In this document: positions 40,743-51,147 of the stretch, piece after piece
How positions within the stretch are numbered: position 1 is the stretch's first letter
Layout: each line of letters begins with the position of its first letter
NCBI RefSeq assembly: GCF_947501045.1
Contig: NZ_CANMUI010000009.1
Source of the DNA: an uncultured Psychrobacter sp.
GTDB taxonomy: Bacteria; Pseudomonadota; Gammaproteobacteria; Pseudomonadales; Moraxellaceae
Length of the DNA stretch: 64,000 nucleotides
Reading direction: 5' to 3' (one strand)
Made by a program: the position numbers and the translations under genes
The notes under the pieces: generated by a model
What the model saw: the letters and a program-made list of their open reading frames with translations, nothing else
Database searches by the model: none
Told to the model about the DNA's origin: nothing

Positions 40743-41960
40743 ATGATCTTACTTATGAATAACAACTTAGCACATCTGCACCCTTACCCCTTTGCCAAAA
40801 TGGCACAGTTGCTTGCTAACAGCGAGCCTGCTCGTAATTACACTGAAATAAAGCTCGGTATTGGCGAGCCAAAACATACGCCGCCGGCTTTTGTTTTAGA
40901 CGTACTACAAGAAAATTTGGACAAGATATCTCGTTATCCCACTACTAATGGCAGCTTTGAGCTACGTCAAACCATAGCGCATTGGCTTGAGAAGCGGTTT
41001 TTCTTGCGTCATGTCGATCCCAATACTGAAGTATTGCCAGTTATGGGTACACGTGAGGCGATTTTTAGCTTTGTACAAGCTGTAGTGAATACTAATAAAA
41101 GCAATCCTACTGTCGTCATGCCGAATCCGTTTTATCAAATCTATGAAGGTGCTACGATACTGGCACAGGCAACGCCTTACTTTATTCCTTGTACGCCGGA
41201 CAACAATTTTAAAGGTAGCTACCGCGCTGTACCTAAAGAGATATGGGAGCAAACCCAGCTGCTATTTATCTGTAGTCCCAATAATCCTACCGGTTCGATT
41301 ATGAGCTTGGATGACTGGGAAGATCTCATTCGTTTGTCCGACAAATATGACTTTGTTATCGCAAGCGATGAGTGCTATAGCGAGCTATATTTTAATGAGC
41401 CTCCTATCGGCTTACTTCAGGCCTGTACTACTTTTGGCCGTGATGATTTTAAAAACTGCGTGGTCTTTCATTCCCTATCAAAACGCTCAAACCTGCCCGG
41501 TCTACGCTCAGGTTTTATCGCCGGCGACGCAGCCATCCTACAGCCGTATTTGCAATATCGTACTTATCAAGGCTGTGCGATGCCGATACCGCATCAGCTT
41601 GCTTCTATCGCCGCCTGGCAAGATGAAAAGCACGTGGCGCATAACCGCGCGCTGTACCAAGAAAAATTTGCGCTATGGATGGATGAATTGGGCGAGCTAC
41701 TCGAGTTAACCATGCCAGAAGCTGGGTTTTACTTTTGGGTAAAAGTTCCTACGCAGTTTGATAATGATGACGAAGTGTTTGTCAAAGCGTTGTATGAGCA
41801 GGCAAATATCCATGCTCTTGCTGGGCGTTATCTGTCACGTGAGGTCAATGGCAAAAACCCTGGTAAAGGTTATGTACGTATTGCGCTAGTGGCTAGCGTT
41901 GCTGAGAGCCGAGAAGCTATTGAGCGTATTAAAGAGCTGCTCACCGCTCATTTGAGATAA
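40743..41960 (+). CDS. dapC: class-I aminotransferase, probable succinyldiaminopimelate transaminase
   Basis: Fold-type I PLP aminotransferase (SLSKRSNLPGLRSG with Lys). map-glnD-dapC synteny as in Pseudomonas. Confidence 0.6.
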   Translation: MILLMNNNLAHLHPYPFAKMAQLLANSEPARNYTEIKLGIGEPKHTPPAFVLDVLQENLDKISRYPTTNGSFELRQTIAHWLEKRFFLRHVDPNTEVLPVMGTREAIFSFVQAVVNTNKSNPTVVMPNPFYQIYEGATILAQATPYFIPCTPDNNFKGSYRAVPKEIWEQTQLLFICSPNNPTGSIMSLDDWEDLIRLSDKYDFVIASDECYSELYFNEPPIGLLQACTTFGRDDFKNCVVFHSLSKRSNLPGLRSGFIAGDAAILQPYLQYRTYQGCAMPIPHQLASIAAWQDEKHVAHNRALYQEKFALWMDELGELLELTMPEAGFYFWVKVPTQFDNDDEVFVKALYEQANIHALAGRYLSREVNGKNPGKGYVRIALVASVAESREAIERIKELLTAHLR

Positions 41961-42097
41961 AGATAACCTTGTTCTTAGTAATGTTATTGATAATAACGGC
42001 TTAGATAATGCTATAGTAAAAGCAGATGCTTACCATTTGTTATACCTCTTAAAGCATTTTATCAGTATCATGAGCCCACATTATCAAGGATAATGCT

Positions 42098-44074
42098 ATG
42101 CCGCAGCTTGATTTCACTCAGCCCCCTTTTGATGTGCTCAGTCTCACTGAGCGCCAAAGTCTCAAAAAGCATACTCAAGTGCGTTATCTCGCAGCTGGCG
42201 AATCTTTACCTACCGATGATTTAAGTTATTTTTTTGTGGTATTAAAAGGTCAGATTGAACAGCGCTTAGGCGACGAATTTATTGCCTCGTATGTCGGTAG
42301 TAGTTACTCCGATCAGCTCAATAGTAACGACTGGTTCGATAGTCGCCGTACTCCTGACGCTCGGGAGCTGCCGTCAGCTAAATTGCCTAGAGCAGATATT
42401 AAGAATACTTCAGCATATCAATACCGCGCTATTGAGGACACCTTACTGCTGCAAGTAGAGGGTTCAGCCATCGATAGAATGAGTGCCCAAAATCATCTCA
42501 TACGCCAGTTGTTATCCAATGAACTGCCGGAGCGCCTAAAAGCGTTGCAACAAAGGCGCGGCGCTCAAAATCAAGCGCTGGGAGCAAACGCTACCAGTTA
42601 TAATGCTCAGCAAGAAGTACAGCAAATCATGCTCCAGCCTGTCGTGGCTGTCACTTTATTGCCCGTACATATCATCGACGCGGACAGTAGCCTGTATCAA
42701 GCGGCGCGTACTATGACTGCTGCGGGACTTAAACATGTACTGTTGCGTCAATCAGCAGACCAGACTCAAGGCTCGCATTCAACCTCTGACCCCATAGCTG
42801 GCTTGGCACCTGAATTGGGGATTTTGACTGATGCTGATCTTTGCCGTGCGGTTAGCGAGCAAAGTGATCCTGCCACAACACCCTGCCGGCAGTTTGCAAA
42901 CTTTAATCTGCGTACGATAGGCGCTGATGATGAGATTGGGGATGCGCTACTGACTATGACGCGCTACCGTATCCATCGCCTGCCCGTCATTGATGATAAA
43001 GGCGCGGTCATTGGTATCTTGGGTCAAAGCGATGTACTGGCGCACTTGGGTCATCACTCGCAGCTGATCAGTGTGCAGATCGAACAAGCAAAGGATCTGG
43101 CAAGCCTTGATACCGCGGTTGAATTAATTGGCCGCTATATCCGCGCCCAGCATCAAAACGGGGTGAAGATTGGTATCGTAAGCCGCATGGTACAGACCTT
43201 AAACGCGCAAGTTTTTACCAAGCTTTGGGAGCTTATTGTCCCAAAAGAGGTCGTTGACAATACTTGCGTCATCGTTATGGGCTCAGAGGGGCGCGGCGAA
43301 CAAATTATGCGTACCGATCAAGATAATGCCCTGATTATCCGCGACGGTTATTCTCATCCTGACTTAGCCAAGTTTGCCGACACCTTTAATCAGCAGTTGG
43401 CGGCACTTGGGTATCCCTTGTGCGATGGTAATATTATGATGACCAATCCGCTGTGGCGTCAACCACTGAGTGATTTTAAAAAGCAGATCAGTTTATGGTT
43501 TAAAAACACCGATCCGATGCATAGTATTTGGATATCATCGATACTGGATGGCGCCTACGTTTGCGGTGATGAGTCGCTGTTGACCCAAATCCGCGAGCAC
43601 CTGAAAGTTGCGCATCGACAATCAGATCCCATGTTTGTACGTCAGTTTGCAAGGGCTGCACTACAGTTTGGTGAAGTTAATCAGTGGTGGCAAAAGTTTA
43701 TACCATTACTTGGTAAGCCTAGCGTACAAGATATTGACCTTAAAAAAGCAGGGATTTTCCCATTGGTGCACGGTATTCGCACTCTAACACTTGAGCATGA
43801 TATATTGTATGTCCCCAGCTCCAAAGGCCGGCTCAAAGCGCTAGTAGAGGTGGGTATGCTAACGCAAGTACGCGCCGACACTCTAAACGAGGCGCTGGAG
43901 TTTTTTATGGCGCAGCGTCTAACCGTAGCGCTGTCTACAGATGACAAACACGCGCGGCAAGTTGATCCGACTACCTTATCAGCGCTTGAGCGCGATGTCC
44001 TCAAAGAATGCCTCGCTGTCGTCAAAAGCTTTAAAGCTCAGCTACGCCAGCATTATCAGCTCGAGATTGGATAA
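42098..44074 (+). CDS. DUF294 nucleotidyltransferase-domain protein with CBS pair (putative signal-transducing nucleotidyltransferase)
   Basis: CBS-like segments. DUF294 core VIVMGSEGRGEQIMRTDQDNALI. C-terminal substrate-binding domain. Confidence 0.6.
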   Translation: MPQLDFTQPPFDVLSLTERQSLKKHTQVRYLAAGESLPTDDLSYFFVVLKGQIEQRLGDEFIASYVGSSYSDQLNSNDWFDSRRTPDARELPSAKLPRADIKNTSAYQYRAIEDTLLLQVEGSAIDRMSAQNHLIRQLLSNELPERLKALQQRRGAQNQALGANATSYNAQQEVQQIMLQPVVAVTLLPVHIIDADSSLYQAARTMTAAGLKHVLLRQSADQTQGSHSTSDPIAGLAPELGILTDADLCRAVSEQSDPATTPCRQFANFNLRTIGADDEIGDALLTMTRYRIHRLPVIDDKGAVIGILGQSDVLAHLGHHSQLISVQIEQAKDLASLDTAVELIGRYIRAQHQNGVKIGIVSRMVQTLNAQVFTKLWELIVPKEVVDNTCVIVMGSEGRGEQIMRTDQDNALIIRDGYSHPDLAKFADTFNQQLAALGYPLCDGNIMMTNPLWRQPLSDFKKQISLWFKNTDPMHSIWISSILDGAYVCGDESLLTQIREHLKVAHRQSDPMFVRQFARAALQFGEVNQWWQKFIPLLGKPSVQDIDLKKAGIFPLVHGIRTLTLEHDILYVPSSKGRLKALVEVGMLTQVRADTLNEALEFFMAQRLTVALSTDDKHARQVDPTTLSALERDVLKECLAVVKSFKAQLRQHYQLEIG

Positions 44075-44091
44075 ATGGATGATAAAGTAAT

Positions 44092-44694
44092 ATGAGCTGG
44101 CTTAAACAACTGACAACTAGTTGGCAAAAAAGACAGCTACAGCGTCCGGAGCTGGCATCCATGTTTGAGCCGCCACCTACCAAGCAGTGGGTTGCTATTG
44201 ATTGTGAGATGACTGGACTTAACCCCAAAAAGCATCACTTGCTGTCAGTAGCTGCTATCCATATCGATGGTGATACTATTGATACCGGCAATGGTTTGCA
44301 TTTGGTGTGCCGTCCGCCGATCATGCCTGATCGAGATACTATTGTCATTCACGGTTTGCGTCCTACTGATGTTGAGCACGGTATGACTTATGATGAGATG
44401 CTCGCTTTGCTACTGCCTTTTATCGATAATCGTCCACTGGTAGGGTTTTGTACGCCCATAGATACCGCGTTTTTGAACCCACTAGTCAAGCACTATATGG
44501 GTACGTCGCTGCCTAACGAAGTGCTCGATGTACGTGAGCTTTACAGCCAGCGTATGGGCGGCGCTCAAGGGATTCCAGCTCAGTCGCAACAGCTTAGCAG
44601 TATCTTAGCGTATTATGATATTCCGGAGCTTGGTAATCACAATGCCTATAATGATGCGGTGATGACCGCTATGGCTTTTTTGCATGTACGCTAA
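44092..44694 (+). CDS. DEDD-family 3'-5' exonuclease (DnaQ-like)
   Basis: Exo I motif VAIDCEMTGL. Exo III motif YNDAVMTAMAF (YxxxD pattern). Commonly paired with DUF294 genes. Confidence 0.7.
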   Translation: MSWLKQLTTSWQKRQLQRPELASMFEPPPTKQWVAIDCEMTGLNPKKHHLLSVAAIHIDGDTIDTGNGLHLVCRPPIMPDRDTIVIHGLRPTDVEHGMTYDEMLALLLPFIDNRPLVGFCTPIDTAFLNPLVKHYMGTSLPNEVLDVRELYSQRMGGAQGIPAQSQQLSSILAYYDIPELGNHNAYNDAVMTAMAFLHVR

Positions 44695-44774
44695 GGTTAG
44701 AACTGTACTCGTTTAAGCTAAAAATATTAACGCTAGAGCTAAAAGTTAGTAACTCATGTTACCATAGGCGGTTT

Positions 44775-46817
44775 TTGATACCTGACGATATTACTACCAT
44801 GCCTACCCTTGTCAAACCTGCCAATAATTCAACAGGTGTTACTGATTTGAACGCGCCTAAGGTTACTTACCCTACCCTCAAACCACCGCTTTACTTTAAA
44901 TCAGCTAAGCTTAAGCTACTCATTGCAATTGGTGTATTGCTCCCACTAAGTAGTCAAGCAGCGCTGCCAGAATCTGTCCAAACTGCGCTAGATCGCGCGG
45001 CGATAGATTCGCAGGATATCAGTATTGTAGTGACGCCCATTGGCGATAAATATAACAGCCGCTTACCGTCAGTGGTAAGGGTAGTTGATAGTGCGAGCAC
45101 AAAAGATAATAGTCCTAAAATAGACAACACTACAAATAACGCCGGACCCGTTGTCGATCAGCAAGTGATCTGGCATCAAGAGCGCAAGATCAACGCTTAT
45201 ACTGATGATCCCTATACTCATTACAGTATAGCAAGTACGCCTGCTCTATTACCTGCGCGCGCGGTGGCTCAAAATACAACCATCAAAAACAAGGCTACTA
45301 ATGCTACGGTAGACACTACTCAAAACGTCACACAACCTATCCTCAGTCATCAAATAGACATCGCGCGCACGCCTGCCAGCACTATGAAGCTGGTACCGAG
45401 CTTGATTGCCCTAGATACCTTGGGGGCTAATTTTACTTGGTATACCCGTGTTTATCATACTGGCCTTATCATTAAGGATCGCTTATATGGCGATCTTATT
45501 ATCCAAGGTAGCGGCGACCCGAAGATGACCCATGAGCGCCTGCAAGCGCTGCTTTTGCAAGTGCAAAAATCAGGCGTTCGTCATATCAACGGCGATATCA
45601 TTATTGATAGCGCTATTTTTAATAAGGTGAATAAAGATCCGGCAACGTTTGATCGCTCACCGCTACGTTCCTACAACGCCAGTCCTGATGGGTTCTTGGT
45701 CAATTTTAATAGTGTGGCGCTAAGAAGTCGGCCTTTAGACAACGGACAAGCTGAGCTTAATTATACGCCGCAGCTGGCTAGTTATCAGTTGCCACCTACT
45801 ATTGACATGCGCAGTGCACCTTGCTCCCAGGCTCGTTACAGCCTCGCCCCAACATGGCAGATGGATCAGCTAAGCTTAAACGCCAAATTACCAAATAGCT
45901 GCGGTGAACACGTATTTTATATCGCTTACCCCGATGCCAAAGACTTTGCCTCCCGCGTCGTTGCTGCCAAATGGCAACAATTAGGTAATACTTTAACGGG
46001 TAAAGTTGTAGCGCAAGAGCAACCTTATAGTATTTATAAAAATAACAGTGGTGTAAACAATAGCTATAAAAACAACGATTATAAAAACAGTCTCGCTGCC
46101 ACAAACTTATCTACAAAGCCATCTGGTTTAAAGTCTCTAGCTATTACTCCATTGCCCATCGTCAGCTATCCATCCTTGCCTTTAAAGCAGCAAATTTACG
46201 ATATCAATCATTTCTCCAACAACGTATTAACTGAACAAGTGGCGCTATCAATAGACGCTTATAAGATAGAAAATGGTGCTACAAACTTAACTTCTAAAAA
46301 ATCAGCTTCAAATCAGGCGCAGTCTCAAGCACAGCATAAAAAGATGTCAGCGACTAGCTTATATGAGTTTGGCGCGCCCAAAATGACTGATTACCCGCAG
46401 GCGCTACAAACTATCAATCAGTGGTGGCAAACTCACTTAACCACAGCACCGCCGCACCTAACCAACGGCTCCGGCCTATGCCGCGACTGTACGATCAGCG
46501 CCGCTAACTTAAATGAGCTCTTAACCTATGCTTACTATCAGCCAAGCTTTGACGCTTACGTCAACTCATTAGGGGTAGCGGGCGTGAGTGGCACCATCGT
46601 TTATCATAGCGAGCGCTTGCCTGACTCTGCTGCTATTGGACGAGCTTGGATAAAAACCGGTACTCTTAATAACGTTACCGCCATGGCAGGTTACGTGAAA
46701 GGACAATCAGGTCAGGACTATTCTGTGGTAGGATTGATCAATACACAGCAAGCACTAAACCCTTACACGGCAAGACCTGTATTAGACAGCTTGCTTGACT
46801 GGACAGCGCAGCAATAA
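44775..46817 (+). CDS. dacB: D-alanyl-D-alanine carboxypeptidase/endopeptidase (PBP4, peptidase S13)
   Basis: STMK (SxxK) and KTGTL motifs. Signal peptide about 40 aa into the ORF, so the true start is probably internal. N/T/K-rich low-complexity insert. Confidence 0.7.
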   Translation: MIPDDITTMPTLVKPANNSTGVTDLNAPKVTYPTLKPPLYFKSAKLKLLIAIGVLLPLSSQAALPESVQTALDRAAIDSQDISIVVTPIGDKYNSRLPSVVRVVDSASTKDNSPKIDNTTNNAGPVVDQQVIWHQERKINAYTDDPYTHYSIASTPALLPARAVAQNTTIKNKATNATVDTTQNVTQPILSHQIDIARTPASTMKLVPSLIALDTLGANFTWYTRVYHTGLIIKDRLYGDLIIQGSGDPKMTHERLQALLLQVQKSGVRHINGDIIIDSAIFNKVNKDPATFDRSPLRSYNASPDGFLVNFNSVALRSRPLDNGQAELNYTPQLASYQLPPTIDMRSAPCSQARYSLAPTWQMDQLSLNAKLPNSCGEHVFYIAYPDAKDFASRVVAAKWQQLGNTLTGKVVAQEQPYSIYKNNSGVNNSYKNNDYKNSLAATNLSTKPSGLKSLAITPLPIVSYPSLPLKQQIYDINHFSNNVLTEQVALSIDAYKIENGATNLTSKKSASNQAQSQAQHKKMSATSLYEFGAPKMTDYPQALQTINQWWQTHLTTAPPHLTNGSGLCRDCTISAANLNELLTYAYYQPSFDAYVNSLGVAGVSGTIVYHSERLPDSAAIGRAWIKTGTLNNVTAMAGYVKGQSGQDYSVVGLINTQQALNPYTARPVLDSLLDWTAQQ

Positions 46818-46931
46818 AATGTTTGTACTTTAGTTATAACCTCACAACAATCACGCTCTCATTATCATTCTTGACTCATTTATCGTTACCTGTTTAATGC
46901 TAGTCAATTTAACGATCATATAGGCAATACT

Positions 46932-47441
46932 ATGTCCCGTCGCTCTCCGATCACGCCTAATCAACACAAAGACCCTACTCAGTCAAAACGGACGCAGCAG
47001 CATTCAAAGACGGGGATATTACAATATGTAGGGTTTTTCGCGGTTGGTTATTTGCTAGCCAGCGCTATCTTTATGATTGTTCAATTAAAATTTCCTCTTA
47101 ATCCCTATCTGGTTACTATTATCGCTGTGTTTGTTGGCGCTTATATTGGGGTACTGAAATTTACAAAACATCAGCAGCGCGCTCTTACCATTAGCGAGAT
47201 AAACCGTTTGACTTTTGGAGGCACAGGAGCGGTCTGGACAATAACTGCCATTTATTTTTTGGCAGTATGGCTATGGTTGTTTGACGCCGCTAACCGTGCT
47301 GTATTTATGGAGATGACTATGCAGCAGCCGCTACCTTTGATAGCCGCTTTAGTCATGATCTTGGTAATAACCTTGGTAGGCGCGCGCATAAGTATTTTGA
47401 TTGTAAATCGTTTGCTAGATCCTAAACGTAAAACCTTTTGA
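46932..47441 (+). CDS. hypothetical membrane protein (4 TM helices)
   Basis: Hydrophobicity pattern only. Confidence 0.4.
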   Translation: MSRRSPITPNQHKDPTQSKRTQQHSKTGILQYVGFFAVGYLLASAIFMIVQLKFPLNPYLVTIIAVFVGAYIGVLKFTKHQQRALTISEINRLTFGGTGAVWTITAIYFLAVWLWLFDAANRAVFMEMTMQQPLPLIAALVMILVITLVGARISILIVNRLLDPKRKTF

Positions 47442-47472
47442 TTAGCAATTTTTTATAGTAGATACTCTATAA

Positions 47473-48066
47473 TTGGCTTTAGATAACATTACTAAATTAA
47501 GATTCACTAGCATAAAATTATCAATAGGAATAATCAGCATGGATATGTTATTTTTTGACCATATTGAAAAACTTGGGCGTATTGCAGCAACAGCGACCAT
47601 GGTTTATATAACAATCATTTTACTTACTAAAGCGTCGGGTAAACGTTCCACCTCGCAGCTCAATAACTTCGACTGGGTGATGACGGTCATGATTGGCTCC
47701 TTAGGTGCCAGTATCATTTTGCTAAGAGAGATTCCGTTCATCGAAGGTGCAGCTTCTCTTGTCACTTTGTATGTGTTGCAATTTTTAGTAACTAAATACT
47801 CTTCTATCTCCCAACCCTTTGCTAGTCTGCTATTGTCTGAGCCGCGCGTGGTTTTCTATCAAGGTCAATATTTGCCTGAGGCTATGCGCGATGAGCGTTT
47901 GACCCAGCAAGAGCTTGAAAGCGCCATGCGCTCAGCAGGTATTCATAACCTAGATGATGTGGAGGCTATTATTTTTGAATCTGATGCTACGCTTGCGGTC
48001 ATATCCAAGAGCGACAAATCTAAAGAAGGTACGGTTTCAGAAACCTTAAAAACAGTGATTCGCTAA
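47473..48066 (+). CDS. DUF421 (YetF-like) membrane protein
   Basis: GKRSTSQLNNFDWVMTVMIGSLGAS matches the DUF421 N-terminal signature. Confidence 0.55.
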   Translation: MALDNITKLRFTSIKLSIGIISMDMLFFDHIEKLGRIAATATMVYITIILLTKASGKRSTSQLNNFDWVMTVMIGSLGASIILLREIPFIEGAASLVTLYVLQFLVTKYSSISQPFASLLLSEPRVVFYQGQYLPEAMRDERLTQQELESAMRSAGIHNLDDVEAIIFESDATLAVISKSDKSKEGTVSETLKTVIR

Positions 48067-48121
48067 GCTAAATCCAAACTGTAAAAAACCTCAATGAGTA
48101 CTAAAACTAGGATTAAGGGTA

Positions 48122-48610
48122 ATGAGAGCAAGAATTTTGGCAGTGGGTAACAAAATGCCTAATTGGGTGCAAAGCGGCTTCGATGAATACTATAAACGCA
48201 TTCAACCTATGCTCAGTACCGAAATGGTCGAGTTGGCTGCCGCCAAGCGTGCTAAAAACCCCTCCGATGCTAACTTAGCTCAGTACCGTGAACAAGAGAG
48301 CCAGGCGCTATTAGCGGCGCATAGCAGTGCTAGTCGTGAGCAGCTTTGGGTGCTCGATGTGAAAGGCAAGATGCTTTCAACAGAAAATCTAGCGGTCAAA
48401 TTAAGCGCAGCGATGCAGCAAGGTGATGATATCGCTTTAGTGATTGGCGGCGCAGATGGGGTCGCCCCAGAGCTGCTAGCAAAGGCTGATATGACATGGT
48501 CACTATCGGCATTAACCCTACCGCATCCACTGGTGCGAGTCGTACTTATGGAGCAGCTTTACCGGGCCATGAGTATCAATCACAACCACCCTTATCACCG
48601 CGGTAATTGA
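48122..48610 (+). CDS. rlmH: 23S rRNA (pseudouridine1915-N3)-methyltransferase
   Basis: SPOUT fold. N-terminus MRARILAVGNKMPNWVQSGFDEY closely matches RlmH. About 155 aa. Confidence 0.9.
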   Translation: MRARILAVGNKMPNWVQSGFDEYYKRIQPMLSTEMVELAAAKRAKNPSDANLAQYREQESQALLAAHSSASREQLWVLDVKGKMLSTENLAVKLSAAMQQGDDIALVIGGADGVAPELLAKADMTWSLSALTLPHPLVRVVLMEQLYRAMSINHNHPYHRGN

Positions 48611-48666
48611 GCAATATCAATGACAAAAGAGATTGAAAAACACGCGCCCGCCCTAATAAACGCAGC

Positions 48667-49554
48667 ATGACCTATTCAAAATCCGCCAGTTATATCAGCC
48701 GTAGCCGTCCTGATTATCAGCATAAAACCACTTCTACTACGCCTATTACCGCGTCAGTAGCGTGGGAAGGTGCACCTGCAAGTTTAGCTAATGCGGCACG
48801 TCTGCCCTCACTATTTATCTCGCATGGCGCGCCCACTCTGGCGGTTGAGCAATCAGCGACTACTAGCGCTTTGGCGCGTATAGGGCAAAACCTACCCGTA
48901 CCGCGCGCGATCATTATTATGTCCGCCCATTGGCAGTCTAATAAGCTTGAGATTAGCAGCAACCCGCAGCCCAAAACTTGGCATGACTTTTCAGGCTTTG
49001 AGTCTGAGCTTTATGACGTGCAGTATCCAGCGCCCGGTCACGCCGCTCTCGCCGAGTCACTTGCGCAGCAACTAACGGCGCGCGGGATCACTTGCAGTGT
49101 CAATCCGATGCGAGTTTGGGATCATGGAGTATGGGCACCGCTCACGCATCTGTATCCAGAGGCCAGCGTGCCTATTATACAAATCTCCCTGCCGCGGTAT
49201 TATGACAGTGTGGCCTGCTACCAGCTCGGCGCGCAATTGACCAAGCTACGTGAAGAGCAAATACTTATTATTGGCTCCGGCAACATTACTCATAATATGC
49301 AAGCAATGCGCTGGCAAGCTGATAGTATCGATCAAACCGCCAAGGATTTTAAGCTTTGGCTATTGCAGCAGCTTAAAATCGACATTCCTACGGCTCTGGA
49401 CTGGCAGCAGTATCCTAATTATAAAAACATCCATCCAAGCGATGAGCACCTACTACCGTTGTTTTTTGCATTGGGGGCCGGTCAGCGGGTGTCAGTTGTA
49501 CATCAAAGCATGGCGCATCATAGCTTGGGGATGGATATTTATCGCTTTGACTGA
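48667..49554 (+). CDS. ygiD: class III extradiol dioxygenase, YgiD/DODA-like
   Basis: LFISHGAPT ... MSAHW ... HNM motifs of the LigB/YgiD family. N-terminal about 40 aa may be 5' over-extension. Confidence 0.75.
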   Translation: MTYSKSASYISRSRPDYQHKTTSTTPITASVAWEGAPASLANAARLPSLFISHGAPTLAVEQSATTSALARIGQNLPVPRAIIIMSAHWQSNKLEISSNPQPKTWHDFSGFESELYDVQYPAPGHAALAESLAQQLTARGITCSVNPMRVWDHGVWAPLTHLYPEASVPIIQISLPRYYDSVACYQLGAQLTKLREEQILIIGSGNITHNMQAMRWQADSIDQTAKDFKLWLLQQLKIDIPTALDWQQYPNYKNIHPSDEHLLPLFFALGAGQRVSVVHQSMAHHSLGMDIYRFD

Positions 49555-49571
49555 TTTTTATCGTTTTAGGG

Positions 49572-51065
49572 CTACTTCTCAACAGCAGGCTTAGTAAATA
49601 ATCCTGCACGCTCAAGCTCCCCTGCTACGCTAAATAGCGTCGTCTCATCATTCATACGTCCGATCAGTTGCATACCAATGGGCAACCCTTTTTTGCTCAT
49701 ACCCATCGGTACTGACATTGCTGGCAGACCTGTGATATTACCAAGTAACGTAAAAGACATTTTGCTCAGCACCGGGTGACTAAGCTTCTCAATCATGCCC
49801 GAGCTAAAGGTATACTTGCCCATGTTGATGCCGCGGCTTAATAAGCCTGAGGTGTTCATCAGCATCTCATCTATCCGGCTTGGTGGCAGTACTCCGTGCT
49901 TAACAGCGGTTGTGGGCACCGTTGGGCATAAGATCATATCGTATTCTTCAAGCAGTAGCCCAGTCTGGTACTGAGTATCATGCCAGCCGTGTTTGGCATG
50001 GACCAGATCGACCGCCGATAGTGAACGACCCAGCATCGCTAAATTATAGGTTTGTGGTTCGAGGTTTTCAATATGCTCACTACCATAATTGCTTTCAATA
50101 TCATCTACAGTAAAGGCGGTATGCGCGCAGATCATAACGATAAAATCATACCAAAACCTATCAATATCGATATTGGGCTCAGCGTGGACGACGTTATGTC
50201 CCATAGCCTCTAGCTGCTTAGCCGTATCCTCAAGCACAGCCAACACTTCTTTATCAACTACCGTATTAGCAATGAGCGGGCGTTGATGTAGCGCAATCTT
50301 TAACGCTCTAGGAGCACGCATCGCCGCTTGCAAAAAAGTTCCGTTAGGCGGCGCAATTATATAAGGCGCGCCAATCTCCATCCCGCTGGTAGCATCGAGC
50401 ATGGCAGCACTATCACGTACCGTGCGCGTAATTACATGGTCGGCGACCGCGCCCTCCCACCCTTCACCAAACTTAGGACCCATAGGGTTACGACCACGGC
50501 TGGGCTTTAGTCCTATCACCCCGCACCACGCCGCTGGAAAACGGATTGAACCGCCGCCGTCACCCGCACCTGCCATTGGTACAATGCCGCTACTTACCGC
50601 CGCTGCACTGCCGCCGGAAGAGCCGCCAGAGCTATAGCCTTTTTTAAAAGGATTATGGGTCGCACCATGCGCTTTGGGTTCGGTAGTGATAATCAAACCA
50701 AATTCAGGGGTATTGGTCTTACCAAAGGTATTGACGCCCGTTGCCTTCATACGTTTGACAATTTCGGTGTCATATTGTGAGACGATATTGACGCTGCGGC
50801 TGCCCATGGTTATTGGCTCACCTGCAAAATGAAAGGATAAGTCTTTGAGTAAATAGGGTACACTGTTAAATACCCCTTTAGGCAATCCTTGCTGCGCCGC
50901 CTTATAAGCGCGTTCATCAAAGCGGTGAATGATAGCGTTGAGTTTAGGATTTAGCGTATTGGCTTGGTGGGTAGCGGCGTCCAGTAGCTCTTTAGCGCTG
51001 ACCTCTTTTGAATTCACTAATCCTGCCAATCCTAGCGCGTCATATTGGGTGTATTCTTTAAACAT
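49572..51065 (-). CDS. amidase (amidase-signature family)
   Basis: [11 protein letters not shown] signature plus Ser-cisSer-Lys triad context. Confidence 0.8.
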   Translation of the reverse strand: MFKEYTQYDALGLAGLVNSKEVSAKELLDAATHQANTLNPKLNAIIHRFDERAYKAAQQGLPKGVFNSVPYLLKDLSFHFAGEPITMGSRSVNIVSQYDTEIVKRMKATGVNTFGKTNTPEFGLIITTEPKAHGATHNPFKKGYSSGGSSGGSAAAVSSGIVPMAGAGDGGGSIRFPAAWCGVIGLKPSRGRNPMGPKFGEGWEGAVADHVITRTVRDSAAMLDATSGMEIGAPYIIAPPNGTFLQAAMRAPRALKIALHQRPLIANTVVDKEVLAVLEDTAKQLEAMGHNVVHAEPNIDIDRFWYDFIVMICAHTAFTVDDIESNYGSEHIENLEPQTYNLAMLGRSLSAVDLVHAKHGWHDTQYQTGLLLEEYDMILCPTVPTTAVKHGVLPPSRIDEMLMNTSGLLSRGINMGKYTFSSGMIEKLSHPVLSKMSFTLLGNITGLPAMSVPMGMSKKGLPIGMQLIGRMNDETTLFSVAGELERAGLFTKPAVEK

Positions 51066-51092
51066 AGCGTCATCCTTGTTATGCGTTTAAAT

Positions 51093-51126
51093 AAAAAAGC
51101 GAGCTACTATCGTAACTCGCTTTTTA
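51093..51126. terminator. rho-independent terminator downstream of ftsK (AAAAGCGAG-loop-CTCGCTTTTT)
   Basis: Read from sequence. Confidence 0.55.
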
Positions 51127-51147
51127 CACCTAATAAAAGTATAAACT

